Source: Dehalococcoidia bacterium
Lineage (GTDB): Bacteria; Chloroflexota; Dehalococcoidia; Bin125
DNA: 64,000 bases
Assembly (NCBI GenBank): GCA_965207365.1
Contig: OZ242281.1
Location: 2,173,331-2,237,330, forward strand
Direction of reading: 5' to 3'
Part shown: one piece after another, positions 26,809 to 36,310 of the stretch
How the letters are laid out: every line of letters begins with the position of its first letter
Position numbering within the stretch: the first letter of the stretch is position 1
Notes under the pieces: generated by a model
Database searches by the model: none
Seen by the model: the letters and a program-made list of their open reading frames with translations, nothing else
What the model was told of the DNA's origin: nothing
Position numbers and translations under genes: made by a program

Positions 26809-28434
26809 ATGCAGCGATACCTCATCCAACGCCTGATCCTTGTGATCCCGACCCTGTGGTTGGTGATCTCGCTCCTTTTCCTGGCGCTGCGCGCGCTGCC
26901 TGGCGACTTTGTCACACGGAAACTCTCGAACCTGGAGAATCAGGGCGCGGAACAGCGTGAATCGGAGATCGTTGGATACATCGAAGTCACCGACACGACG
27001 CATCGCGTGATCTCGGGCGACACGCTGGAGAAGATCGCGACCAACAACAACACGTCGGTGTCGGCGCTGCTTGCGCAGAATCCTGACTTGGACACCTCGG
27101 GCGAGCTGCGACCGGGTACGAGAGTCACGGTGATTCCCGGTCAGTTACTCGAGGCGATTTCAATTGGACAGAGCATTGCTTTGCCTGAAGAAGTCGAACA
27201 AGGAGTGCAACTCCTGATCGACCGCAACCCCGATGTCAACTTCCCGCTGTATCAGGGCAAGCCGTATGCCGAGGCGGGGTCGGTTCTGGTCATCCGCGAC
27301 AGCTTGACGCTCGATGAGTTAGCGCACGTCAATCGCATTGATGCGAGCGACATCCTGGCGGTGAATCCAACCGGTAGCGCCAGTAATCCCGACGGCAATC
27401 TATCGGCCGATACGCAATTGCTGCCAACGGCGCTAGTGGTCACCGATGAAGGTGACACCCTGGAGCAGATTGCCGTTGCCTACGGTCGCGATCTAGAAGA
27501 AATGACTACAGCGAACCGGGGCATTGATCCGGCTGAGCCACTAGAAGCCGGAGTCGCGATCCACGTCCCATCCGACCGGATCGTCACGCCAACCACCAAG
27601 ATTACCGAGGCCAACATCAGGCACCGCCTGGGCATCGATAAGGGGCTCGGCACCCAGTACATCGACTTCCTTTGGGAGACGGTGCGGTTGAAATTCCGTC
27701 CGTCGTTCCAGACCCAGGAGGGGTCGCTGGATATCTTCCTCCGAGCATTACCACGTACGTTGCATCTCAACGTGTACGCATTGATCGTGGCGCTGACCAT
27801 CGCGTTGCCGGTCGGCATCCTCTCGGCTATGCGTCAGGACCGCCCGCTGGACTATGCGCTGCGAGGGTTTGCCATCCTCGCACTGGCGGCGCCCTCCTTC
27901 TGGATCGCGACCATGATGATCTTCGTGGTCACGCCGGGCGGCATCTCGGATAGCGGGATCTGGTCGATCCCGCTGACCTCTGAGGAGGCGCGATCGGTGT
28001 TCACATCGTTCACCGGAGCGCTGGCGTTGTACACGATTCCTGCCGTCGCGGGCGGACTTGCCGCCGGCGCCGGTCTGATGCGGATTACGCGGTCCGAGTT
28101 GCTCGAAGTGCTGCGTCAGGACTACGTCCGCACCGCCTGGTCGAAGGGTCTGCGCGAGCGGACCGTGATCCGCCGACACGCGATGCGCAACGCCTTGGTC
28201 AATGTGATGAGCGTGCTCGGCTTGCAGGTGGCGGCCCTGGTTGGCGGCAACATCATCCTCGAGCTGCTATTCAACATTCCCGGCATCGGTTTGCTGCTGA
28301 TTCAGCGGATCAACCAGGCCGATCTGCCCGTCGTACAAACGATGGTCTTCTTCTTTGCGCTGTTCATCATCGTGGTGAACATCATCATCGACATTTCATA
28401 CGCGGTCATCGATCCGCGTATCCGCTTCGCCTAA
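26809..28434 (+). CDS. DppB/OppB-type ABC permease with LysM-like insert (B1)
   Basis: Canonical N-terminus and C-terminal half (EVLRQDYVRTAWSKGL EAA loop; DPRIRFA end). A ~260-aa insert after TM1 holds LysM-like segments. Confidence 0.85.
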   Translation: MQRYLIQRLILVIPTLWLVISLLFLALRALPGDFVTRKLSNLENQGAEQRESEIVGYIEVTDTTHRVISGDTLEKIATNNNTSVSALLAQNPDLDTSGELRPGTRVTVIPGQLLEAISIGQSIALPEEVEQGVQLLIDRNPDVNFPLYQGKPYAEAGSVLVIRDSLTLDELAHVNRIDASDILAVNPTGSASNPDGNLSADTQLLPTALVVTDEGDTLEQIAVAYGRDLEEMTTANRGIDPAEPLEAGVAIHVPSDRIVTPTTKITEANIRHRLGIDKGLGTQYIDFLWETVRLKFRPSFQTQEGSLDIFLRALPRTLHLNVYALIVALTIALPVGILSAMRQDRPLDYALRGFAILALAAPSFWIATMMIFVVTPGGISDSGIWSIPLTSEEARSVFTSFTGALALYTIPAVAGGLAAGAGLMRITRSELLEVLRQDYVRTAWSKGLRERTVIRRHAMRNALVNVMSVLGLQVAALVGGNIILELLFNIPGIGLLLIQRINQADLPVVQTMVFFFALFIIVVNIIIDISYAVIDPRIRFA

Positions 28435-28470
28435 CCGGGTGACTGCACCGGCTGACCGGGGAGGGGCAAC

Positions 28471-29709
28471 ATGAGTGATGACCGACAGTCTCAAACGCAA
28501 CTCGAGGAGTTCGCGCAGGCGCAGGGCCTGCGCGTTGAGGAACGCAGCTTTCTGCAGCTGCTTGGCCGCGCGTTGGTGTCATTTTTCCGGACTAAGCCAT
28601 TGGGCGCCGCTGGGCTGACGCTGGTTGTGGTCTGGTCGGTCATCGCCGTGGGGACGGTCGGTTCCGGCGGCGGTTGGTTGGGCTTGGGTCGTTACGACTC
28701 GCAGGATGTCTTCAAAGTCGCCAACGCCAACTTCGCCGACGACAAGATTGCCAACGAACTCGACGGCAAATCGGCTGATATCTCCGACAGCGAGCTTCGC
28801 GAGCTTCTGTTACAACCCGCCGTCTATGGCGATCTGGCTGAGCAGTCCGGTGTCCTTGACGACATGCTGGAGTACGTCGAAGGTCTGATCGCAAGCGGAA
28901 CGCTGCTGACTCACCTGGCGGAGTTCGACCCAGCCCAGATTGAGATCGTTGACGGCACGATCAACGATGTCGATGACTTGCTCGCGACCGGCACGAACAC
29001 GCCGCTGACAACGGCCTCGCTGCAAGGGCCCTCGGGCAAGCACTGGTTCGGCACCGACCGCGCGGGACACGACCTCTTCTCCCGGGTGACTGAAGGCGCG
29101 CGGTTGTCGCTCTACATTGGCTTCTTCGCCACGCTGATCGGTGTGGTCGCTGGAACAGCCATCGGACTCATTTCTGGCGCCCTGGGCGGCAACATCGACC
29201 TGGCGATCAACCGTCTGATGGACGCGCTGCTCTCCTTCCCGCCAATCGTGCTGTTGCTGTTGTTGCGCTCGGTGACGGAGCCATCTGCGCTGTGGGTGAC
29301 GTTGGCGCTCTCGGTGCTGGCTGTGGGGCCCGTCCAGCGGATTGTCCGCGGCGCGGTGATCGCACTGCGCGAGATGCCCTTTGTCGAGGCCGCCCGGACG
29401 GTCGGCGCGACGAACGCCCGAATCATGCTGATGCACATTCTGCCTAACATCGTTGCCCCGTTGATCGTGATCTTCTCGATCACCATCGGCGCGTTCATCC
29501 TCGCCGAGGCCGCGCTCAGCTTCCTCGGACTGGGCACGCTCGATGTCTCCTGGGGCAAGATGATCGCCGACGGTCGCCAGTTCATTGTGCAGTCGCCATG
29601 GACCTCGTTGTTCGCCGGCCTGGCGCTGACCAGCCTGGTGTTTGGCTTCAATGTCCTCGGCGATGCGCTGCGAGATGTCTTCGACCCGAGACTGCGTGGC
29701 AGCCGCTAG
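28471..29709 (+). CDS. DppC/OppC-type ABC permease with extended outside loop (C1)
   Basis: HWFGTDRAGHDLFSRV, EAA loop REMPFVEAARTVGATNARIM and GDALRDVFDPRLR. An insert of ~130-150 aa follows TM1. Confidence 0.85.
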   Translation: MSDDRQSQTQLEEFAQAQGLRVEERSFLQLLGRALVSFFRTKPLGAAGLTLVVVWSVIAVGTVGSGGGWLGLGRYDSQDVFKVANANFADDKIANELDGKSADISDSELRELLLQPAVYGDLAEQSGVLDDMLEYVEGLIASGTLLTHLAEFDPAQIEIVDGTINDVDDLLATGTNTPLTTASLQGPSGKHWFGTDRAGHDLFSRVTEGARLSLYIGFFATLIGVVAGTAIGLISGALGGNIDLAINRLMDALLSFPPIVLLLLLRSVTEPSALWVTLALSVLAVGPVQRIVRGAVIALREMPFVEAARTVGATNARIMLMHILPNIVAPLIVIFSITIGAFILAEAALSFLGLGTLDVSWGKMIADGRQFIVQSPWTSLFAGLALTSLVFGFNVLGDALRDVFDPRLRGSR

Positions 29710-29737
29710 CCGGATACCCGCTGGGCACCGCTCCAGG

Positions 29738-29931
29738 AGGCCTTTGAAGAACTCCCCTTCTCCCCCCTTGCGGGGGAGATACCGAAAGCCTGCCCCTGGC
29801 CTGAACAGGGGGCAGAGTGGGGTCCGCTGTTTGGCAGCCATATCTGGTCATCATCCGCCCCCCCTCTGTCACTCCGTGACATCTCCCCCCGCAAGGGGGG
29901 GAGAGGGGATTCGGGAGCTTTTCCAAGGTCT
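29738..29931. mobile_element. MITE-like palindromic element, copy 2
   Basis: Same arms and core as copy 1, bracketed by complementary REP-like arms (ggatacccgctggg ... cccagcgcgggtatc). Lies between C1 and SBP4. Confidence 0.7.
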
Positions 29932-29966
29932 CCCCAGCGCGGGTATCACCAAAACAACGGCGCCCC

Positions 29967-30004
29967 TTGGCGAATGTTCCACTGGACGCCTTGTACGCTA
30001 CACT
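29967..30004 (+). promoter_or_regulatory. candidate promoter of SBP4 (TTGGCG-N26-TACACT)
   Basis: Same two hexamers as upstream of SBP2 and SBP3 but with longer spacing, so weaker. Confidence 0.2.
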
Positions 30005-30054
30005 TTCACAACCATCGACGCGCGTCCGCCGCGCTTCTGAAGGAGCGAGAACTG

Positions 30055-32064
30055 ATGACCGAACGTAACTATTGGCAGCGCATGAAGCGCAATCGGCTTA
30101 GTCGCAGAGATCTGTTGCGAGCCTCAGGTCGGGCTGGCGTTGGAGCCGCCGGCCTGGCTCTGGTCGGTTGTGGTGACGATGACGACGATGCTCAGCCAGC
30201 GGCTGCTTCCCGTCAGCAGGACCAGCAGCAGGACCAGCAAGAGGTCATGCAGCAACAGCAGCAGGACCAGCAGCAACAGGCGATGCAGCAGCAGGATCAG
30301 CAGCAGCAAGCCGAGCAGACCGCTGCCGCTGCCGATCAACAGGACCAGCAGCAACAGCAGGCGATGCAGCAACAGCAGCAGCAATCCGGCGACCTCCGCT
30401 CGTACGGCGGCACGCTGCGCTTCTCAACTCCTGCCGCCACGCACGACTTCTTCGACCCGCACCGCGGCGTCTTCGGCCCCACCCAGTACTGGATGGGGTT
30501 CTACATGAACTACATGATCCGCTGGGCCTCGAAAGAGGGCGGGATCATGGAAGCGGACATCACATCTCTGCCCGAGACGCCCGATGCCGAGACGTACATC
30601 TTCAACGTCGACCGCGGCGCCCGCTACTGGGACCAATACCCGACCGAGGGCGGTCGTGATGTCACCGCCAGCGATATTGTGATCAACTTCGACCGCCAGA
30701 TCGCCGCGCTCGACGCCGAAGGCAACCCCGACGCGCGATTCCGCGGCCAGGACGCCTTCAAGAAAACCGCCTCGCACGAAGCGGTTGACGAGACGACCTT
30801 CGTCGCTAAGACTGCAGGTCCCGACGCGACCTATCTCGGTGGCACCATCCTGCGACCCTTCTCCTGGATCACCTCGCCGGAGGGCATCCAGGAGTTCGGT
30901 ACTCGCTGGCGCGACGAGACCGCAAACGTCGAACTCTCCTCCGGCACGGGCCCGTTCATCCCGCAGACCTTCGACCCGGATATCGGCATCTACCTGGAAC
31001 GCAACTCCAACTACTGGAAGGACGGTCCCGACGGCCAGCAGCTTCCCTACCCGGACGCCGTTGAGTTCGTCAACCTGACCGATGCGACCGCAGTCGACGC
31101 GGCATACCGCGGCAAGGGCATCGACATCGGCGGGTTCCCGCTGTCTTCGGTGCAGGTCGAAGAGCTGACCGGCGACTTCCCCGACCACCCGGTCGAGGAA
31201 GGCGCATTCGGCTTCACGATCGTCACCGTCATGGGCACATATGAGCCCGGCTGGGAAGGCTCGGACGGGCAGGGGAACCCATACCTCGACCGTCGTTTCG
31301 CCTACGCGATGCAGGTTGCGGTCGACCGCGACCTGTTGATCGACGCCGTCTACCTGGGCGCGGCCAAGCCGTCGGCGACCCACTTCTGTCCATGGTTCAG
31401 CCAGTACTGGACCGTTCCGCCCGAGGAGCTGCGCACGGTTCCGGGCTTCCGCCTCGACCGCGATGCCGACATCGCACTCTGCCGCGAACTGATCGAAGCC
31501 TCCGGCTTCGACAAGGACCGCACGGTGACGATCTACATCCCCGACCTCTGGGAGCAGACCTACCCGGGTATCACCGAGACCACGCGCAACATGTACGCCG
31601 AGGCGACCGGCATCAACGTCGAGCTGGACATCCAGCCCTACACCGTGATGCAGGACCGCTACGACAACAAGACGTTCCCCGGCCGGGCGCCGACCTGGAC
31701 CAACCCGCCGGCCGACCTCGACCCGACGGCGCAGTTCACCCTGTCGCTGAAGGTTGGTGGCGCGTCGAACCTGACGCAGTACAGCTACCAGCCGGTTGAG
31801 GACATCGTTGACACGATGTCAGTCACGCTTGACACCGAGCAGCGCCGCGACATGGCGCTGGAGGTGCAGCGGATCGGCCTTGGCGTTGACGAGGAACACG
31901 GCCTTGAAGGCATCTTCGGCTGGTTTGGCGTCATGAATGGCATCGCGCCAACCATCTGGTGGCCGTATGTCAACCGACCCGACGACACCTGGCAGTTCGC
32001 GCACGACTCGCACAACTGGGACACCGTTTGGATGGACAGCAGCCACCCGGACTTCCCGGCCTAG
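30055..32064 (+). CDS. ABC substrate-binding protein, family 5, Tat-lipoprotein, paralog 4
   Basis: Starts at internal ATG 30055 preceded by AAGGAG. Leader MTERNYWQRMKRNRLSRRDLLRASGRAGVGAAGLALVGCGDDDDD, with a Gln/Asp tether. Confidence 0.88.
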   Translation: MTERNYWQRMKRNRLSRRDLLRASGRAGVGAAGLALVGCGDDDDDAQPAAASRQQDQQQDQQEVMQQQQQDQQQQAMQQQDQQQQAEQTAAAADQQDQQQQQAMQQQQQQSGDLRSYGGTLRFSTPAATHDFFDPHRGVFGPTQYWMGFYMNYMIRWASKEGGIMEADITSLPETPDAETYIFNVDRGARYWDQYPTEGGRDVTASDIVINFDRQIAALDAEGNPDARFRGQDAFKKTASHEAVDETTFVAKTAGPDATYLGGTILRPFSWITSPEGIQEFGTRWRDETANVELSSGTGPFIPQTFDPDIGIYLERNSNYWKDGPDGQQLPYPDAVEFVNLTDATAVDAAYRGKGIDIGGFPLSSVQVEELTGDFPDHPVEEGAFGFTIVTVMGTYEPGWEGSDGQGNPYLDRRFAYAMQVAVDRDLLIDAVYLGAAKPSATHFCPWFSQYWTVPPEELRTVPGFRLDRDADIALCRELIEASGFDKDRTVTIYIPDLWEQTYPGITETTRNMYAEATGINVELDIQPYTVMQDRYDNKTFPGRAPTWTNPPADLDPTAQFTLSLKVGGASNLTQYSYQPVEDIVDTMSVTLDTEQRRDMALEVQRIGLGVDEEHGLEGIFGWFGVMNGIAPTIWWPYVNRPDDTWQFAHDSHNWDTVWMDSSHPDFPA

Positions 32065-32092
32065 ACCGGGTCCAGTAGACGATGAGTTCTCT

Positions 32093-32115
32093 GCTCCCCC
32101 CATCGCGGGGGGAGC
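32093..32115 (+). terminator. intercistronic GC hairpin between SBP4 and permease B2 (attenuator/mRNA-stabiliser candidate)
   Basis: gctcccccc-atcgc-ggggggagc: 9-bp stem, no U-tract. Confidence 0.4.
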
Positions 32116-32151
32116 GAGGCCTCAAGTGCGCTCACGGCGCAAGAGCAGGCA

Positions 32152-33633
32152 ATGCAGAAGTACCTGATCCGGCGCATCATATTGGTGATCCCGACGCTGT
32201 GGCTCGTGATCTCCATTCTGTTTCTGGTGCTCAACGCACTTCCTGGTGACTACGTCACGATCAAGCTCGCCAATCTCGAAGCGTCGGGCGCGACCAAGAT
32301 CGAGGCTGAGATTGTCGGCGAGGTTGAAGTTGAACGGACGCTACACCGCGTCGTCGGCGGCGACACGCTGGACACTCTTGCGTTGAAGTACGGTGTCGGT
32401 GTTGCGGATATCGTCGCCAACAACCGTAGCCTGGATGCCAACTCCGAGTTGAGACCCGGTTCGACGATTGTCATTATCGATGGCCAACTCTTGTCCTCGA
32501 TCTCAAGGACGGCGCGGTTGGCGCTGCCGGAAAACACAGAGGACGGCGTTGCGCTGCTCGCGGAACGCAATCCCGATGTTGAGTTCGGTACGTTCTCTGG
32601 TGAGCTGTTCGCGCCCGCGGGCGTCACGCTGACGTTGCGCGAAAGCACCACACTGCGCGAGCTAGCGGTGGTCAACCGGGTCAGCCCCGACGACTACATG
32701 AACGTCAACGAAGAGGGCACGCCGGCGAACGAAGATGGCTCGCTGACCGTTGACACACCGTTGTTGCCTGGTCAGAAGTTCATCTCGCCGACTCGGGAAA
32801 TCACCGAGGCCAGCATCAAGAACCAGCTCGGCATCGACAAGCCGCTCGGCACGCAATACCTCGAATATCTGTGGGACACGATCCGCTTCCAGTTCCGGCC
32901 CTCGTTCCAGACCAACGAACCGTCGATGGACATCTTCCTGCGTTCCCTGCCGCGTTCGCTGCATCTCACCGTGTACGCGCTGATCGTGGCCGTCGTGGTG
33001 GCGTTGCCGGTTGGCATTCTTTCGGCGATGCGCCAAGACCAATGGGTCGACTACGCCCTGCGCGGGTTCGCGATTCTGGCCCTGGCCGCACCGGCGTTCT
33101 GGATCGCAACGATGATGATCTTTGTCGTCTCGCCTGGAGGCATTTTTGAGGGCGGCTTATGGTCGATTCCATTGACCGAGGAGAGCGCGAGGAGCATTTT
33201 CACCTCTGTTGATGGGTTCTTTGCGCTCTACACGATCCCCGCTGTCGCGGGCGGCATCGCCGCCGGGGCCGGGCTGATGCGGATCACCCGCTCCGAATTA
33301 CTTGAAGTGTTGCGGCAGGACTACGTACGTACCGCCTGGTCCAAAGGACTGCGCGAGCGCTCGGTCATCCGCCGGCACGCCCTGCGTAACGCACTGGTGC
33401 CGGTCTTGAGCGTGTTCGGCCTACAGCTCGCAGCGCTGGTTGGCGGCAACATCATCCTCGAAATTCTCTTCAATATTCCCGGAATCGGCCTGATGCTGAT
33501 TCAACGGCTCTACCAGGCCGACATCCCGGTTATCCAGACTGCGGTGTTCTTCCTGGCGCTCTTCGTGATCATCGTCAACATCGTGATCGACATTAGCTAT
33601 GCGCTGATCGATCCACGCATCCGCTACGACTAG
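32152..33633 (+). CDS. DppB/OppB-type ABC permease with LysM-like insert (B2)
   Basis: MQKYLIRRIILVIPTLWLVISILFL; LysM-like HRVVGGDTLDTLALKYGVGVADIVANNRSLDANSELRPGSTIVII; intact EAA loop YVRTAWSKGL. Confidence 0.85.
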   Translation: MQKYLIRRIILVIPTLWLVISILFLVLNALPGDYVTIKLANLEASGATKIEAEIVGEVEVERTLHRVVGGDTLDTLALKYGVGVADIVANNRSLDANSELRPGSTIVIIDGQLLSSISRTARLALPENTEDGVALLAERNPDVEFGTFSGELFAPAGVTLTLRESTTLRELAVVNRVSPDDYMNVNEEGTPANEDGSLTVDTPLLPGQKFISPTREITEASIKNQLGIDKPLGTQYLEYLWDTIRFQFRPSFQTNEPSMDIFLRSLPRSLHLTVYALIVAVVVALPVGILSAMRQDQWVDYALRGFAILALAAPAFWIATMMIFVVSPGGIFEGGLWSIPLTEESARSIFTSVDGFFALYTIPAVAGGIAAGAGLMRITRSELLEVLRQDYVRTAWSKGLRERSVIRRHALRNALVPVLSVFGLQLAALVGGNIILEILFNIPGIGLMLIQRLYQADIPVIQTAVFFLALFVIIVNIVIDISYALIDPRIRYD

Positions 33634-33640
33634 GGCCGAT

Positions 33641-34891
33641 ATGAGTCAGCAACCAGGCGCTAGCCAGCAACCTGATCAGGGTCAGCAGCTTGACGAATTC
33701 GCTGCAGCGGAAGGGTTGCAGGTTGACCAGGCGACCGGCCTGCGGCGCTGGCTGGTTGGTTTCCGACAGTTCATGTCGTCCAAGCGTCTCGGGGCCGCCG
33801 GTGTTGTGATCGTGGTGCTCTGGAGTGTCATCGCGGTCGGCACAGTCGGTGATGATGGTGGTTGGCTGGGTATCGGGCGATACGACTCTCGAGACGTGTT
33901 CGAAATCGCATCGGTGAGCTATGCCGATGACAAACTCGCTAACGCTCTTGATGGAGTGAGCGCAGATGTTTCAGCTTCTGAACTGCGAGCCATTGTCAGC
34001 GATCCCGACATCTTCGAAGAGGCGGCGTGGAATGTCGGCGTCGAGCTTGAGATGGTCGAGTACGCGCTTGGACGGGTTGAAGCGGGTGATCTGATTGACT
34101 GGTTGGTCCGGGAGCAACAGATCGAGATTGACGACGGTGTGATCGCCGACCATGATCGATTGCTCGCTGCCGGAACCGACAATCCCTTGATCACGGCGTC
34201 GTTGCTGGGACCGTCCGGCAAGCACTGGTTCGGCACGGACCGGGCTGGTCACGATCTTTTCTCTCGCGTGACCGAAGGCGCTCGCCTCTCGCTCTACATC
34301 GGATTCTTCGCCACGCTGATTGGTGTGGCCGCCGGAACGGTGACGGGATTGGTTTCCGGATCCCTTGGCGGGTCTGTCGACCTGATCATCAACCGAATCC
34401 TCGACGCGGTGCAGAGCTTCCCGCCCATCGCATTCCTCCTGCTGATCGCCTCGATCACCGACCCCTCAGCGCTCTGGGTGACCTTGTCGCTGTCAGTGCT
34501 GGGTATCGCGCCAACCAATCGAATTGTGCGCGGTAGCGTGATCCAGATTCGTGAGATGCCCTACGTCGAGGCGGCTCGCACCATTGGCGCCACCTCTTCC
34601 CGAATCATGAGCTTTCACATTCTGCCAAACATCTTCGCGCCGCTGATCGTAATCTTCTCGATCACCATCGGTGCGTTCATCCTGGCCGAGGCGGCGCTGA
34701 GTTTCCTCGGTCTGGGCACGTTGGATGTCTCGTGGGGCAAGATGATCGCCGACGGACGCCAGTTCATCGTCTATTCGCCCTGGACATCGCTCTGGGCCGG
34801 CCTGGCGCTGACGTCGCTGGTGTTTGGATTCAACGTCCTCGGCGACGCCCTCCGCGATGTCCTCGACCCACGCCTGCGGGGCAGTCGCTAG
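33641..34891 (+). CDS. DppC/OppC-type ABC permease with extended outside loop (C2)
   Basis: Paralog of C1. HWFGTDRAGHDLFSRV and EAA loop REMPYVEAARTIGATSSRIM. Confidence 0.85.
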   Translation: MSQQPGASQQPDQGQQLDEFAAAEGLQVDQATGLRRWLVGFRQFMSSKRLGAAGVVIVVLWSVIAVGTVGDDGGWLGIGRYDSRDVFEIASVSYADDKLANALDGVSADVSASELRAIVSDPDIFEEAAWNVGVELEMVEYALGRVEAGDLIDWLVREQQIEIDDGVIADHDRLLAAGTDNPLITASLLGPSGKHWFGTDRAGHDLFSRVTEGARLSLYIGFFATLIGVAAGTVTGLVSGSLGGSVDLIINRILDAVQSFPPIAFLLLIASITDPSALWVTLSLSVLGIAPTNRIVRGSVIQIREMPYVEAARTIGATSSRIMSFHILPNIFAPLIVIFSITIGAFILAEAALSFLGLGTLDVSWGKMIADGRQFIVYSPWTSLWAGLALTSLVFGFNVLGDALRDVLDPRLRGSR

Positions 34892-34900
34892 CCTCACGAC

Positions 34901-36310
34901 ATGCGTGTTCCGCCGGAGTTGCGAAGCCGAATCGCTATGCGGTTCGTGTTGGCGTTGGTCTCCGTTTGGGTGGCCGTATCGATCATCTTTCTGCTGACCA
35001 CCGGGACGGTGGGCGATTTCGTTACGCAGAAGTTGACCAACCTGGAGAATCAAGGAGCTGAAACTCGCCTGACCGAGATCGCCGGCGAGATTGAGGTCGG
35101 CGTCACTAGAGTGCCTGCCGTCAACGGCCAGACTATCGCCGACATCGCCGCTGAGCGAGGCCTGTCACTGGCCGATCTGCTGACCCTCAACCGAGAGCGC
35201 GATCCTCAAGAATCGCTACCCCATGGCGCGCGAGTCACGGTGCTGGCGGGCGAATGGCTCTCCGATCTGGCAATCAAGTGGCGTGTCGTGCGTCCAGAAG
35301 ACGGCGATCACGGCGTCGCACTGTTGCGCGAACGGAACTCCGAGATCGACTTCGCGGTTTCTGAAGGACGCCTATACGCGCCGACGGGCGCCATCCTGAC
35401 TTTGCATCACGGCGTCAGCGTGGCTGAGCTCGCGGAGGTCCACCGGATCGCTGCCGCCGACATCCTGGAAGTCAATCCGGCGGGCAGCCCAGGCAATCCG
35501 GATGGAGCGCTCACCGAAGACTCGCTTCTGTATCACGGCGACCAGATTGCGTTGCCGATGTCGAAGATTACGTCAGCCACGATTCGGTATCGGCTGGGCG
35601 TCGACCGCTCACTAGCCGACCAATACGTGCAGTTTCTCTGGGATGTGGTCCGTTTCGACTACAGCGCCTCGTTCCAGACGCAGGAGAATTCGCTGGCCAT
35701 CGTCGCACGAGCGTTGCCGCGCACGGTTCAGCTCAATCTATTCGCGCTGATCATTGCGCTCGTGATCGGTGTACCGCTCGGTTGGTTGGCGAGCGGACGC
35801 ACTAGTCGGCTGGTTGCTCTCCCGGCGCGCAGCCTCGCCCTGTTGAGCCTGGCGGTGCCCTCGTTCTGGATCGCCACGTGGTTGATCGTTGCTGTCGATC
35901 CGGGCGGCATTCTCGAAGACGGGCTCTGGAACATTCCGTTCACGGATCCCGCCGCACGTGCGATCACAGATTCGCCTGTGCAGTTCTTTGCGCTCTATGG
36001 CATCCCGGCGTTTAGTGGTGGACTCCTCATGGCCGGCGTGATTGGGTTCGCTCTCCGTTGGGGTGTCACGTGGGAGGAGATCCTGCGTCGGCTCCGCGGC
36101 TGGATACCAGTGTTCGTCGGCCTGAATCTGGTGTTGGAGTTGCTGTTCAATATCCAGGGACTCGGCCTGCTGCTGATTCAACGGGTGAATCAGGCCGATT
36201 TGCCCGTGATCATTGCCGTCTGCGCAATCACCGCGCTCTTCATCGTCTGGTGTCTATTCGTGATCGACAGCGCCCGCGACGTGCTGCAGTGGAAGGAGCG
36301 GCGGACATGA
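34901..36310 (+). CDS. divergent DppB-like membrane protein with LysM-like insert, EAA loop missing (B3)
   Basis: Retains the TM1/GDFV/LysM/LELLFNIQGLGLLLIQRVNQADLPV blocks. The ~60-aa EAA region of B1 and B2 is replaced by ~30 unrelated residues. Confidence 0.75.
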   Translation: MRVPPELRSRIAMRFVLALVSVWVAVSIIFLLTTGTVGDFVTQKLTNLENQGAETRLTEIAGEIEVGVTRVPAVNGQTIADIAAERGLSLADLLTLNRERDPQESLPHGARVTVLAGEWLSDLAIKWRVVRPEDGDHGVALLRERNSEIDFAVSEGRLYAPTGAILTLHHGVSVAELAEVHRIAAADILEVNPAGSPGNPDGALTEDSLLYHGDQIALPMSKITSATIRYRLGVDRSLADQYVQFLWDVVRFDYSASFQTQENSLAIVARALPRTVQLNLFALIIALVIGVPLGWLASGRTSRLVALPARSLALLSLAVPSFWIATWLIVAVDPGGILEDGLWNIPFTDPAARAITDSPVQFFALYGIPAFSGGLLMAGVIGFALRWGVTWEEILRRLRGWIPVFVGLNLVLELLFNIQGLGLLLIQRVNQADLPVIIAVCAITALFIVWCLFVIDSARDVLQWKERRT

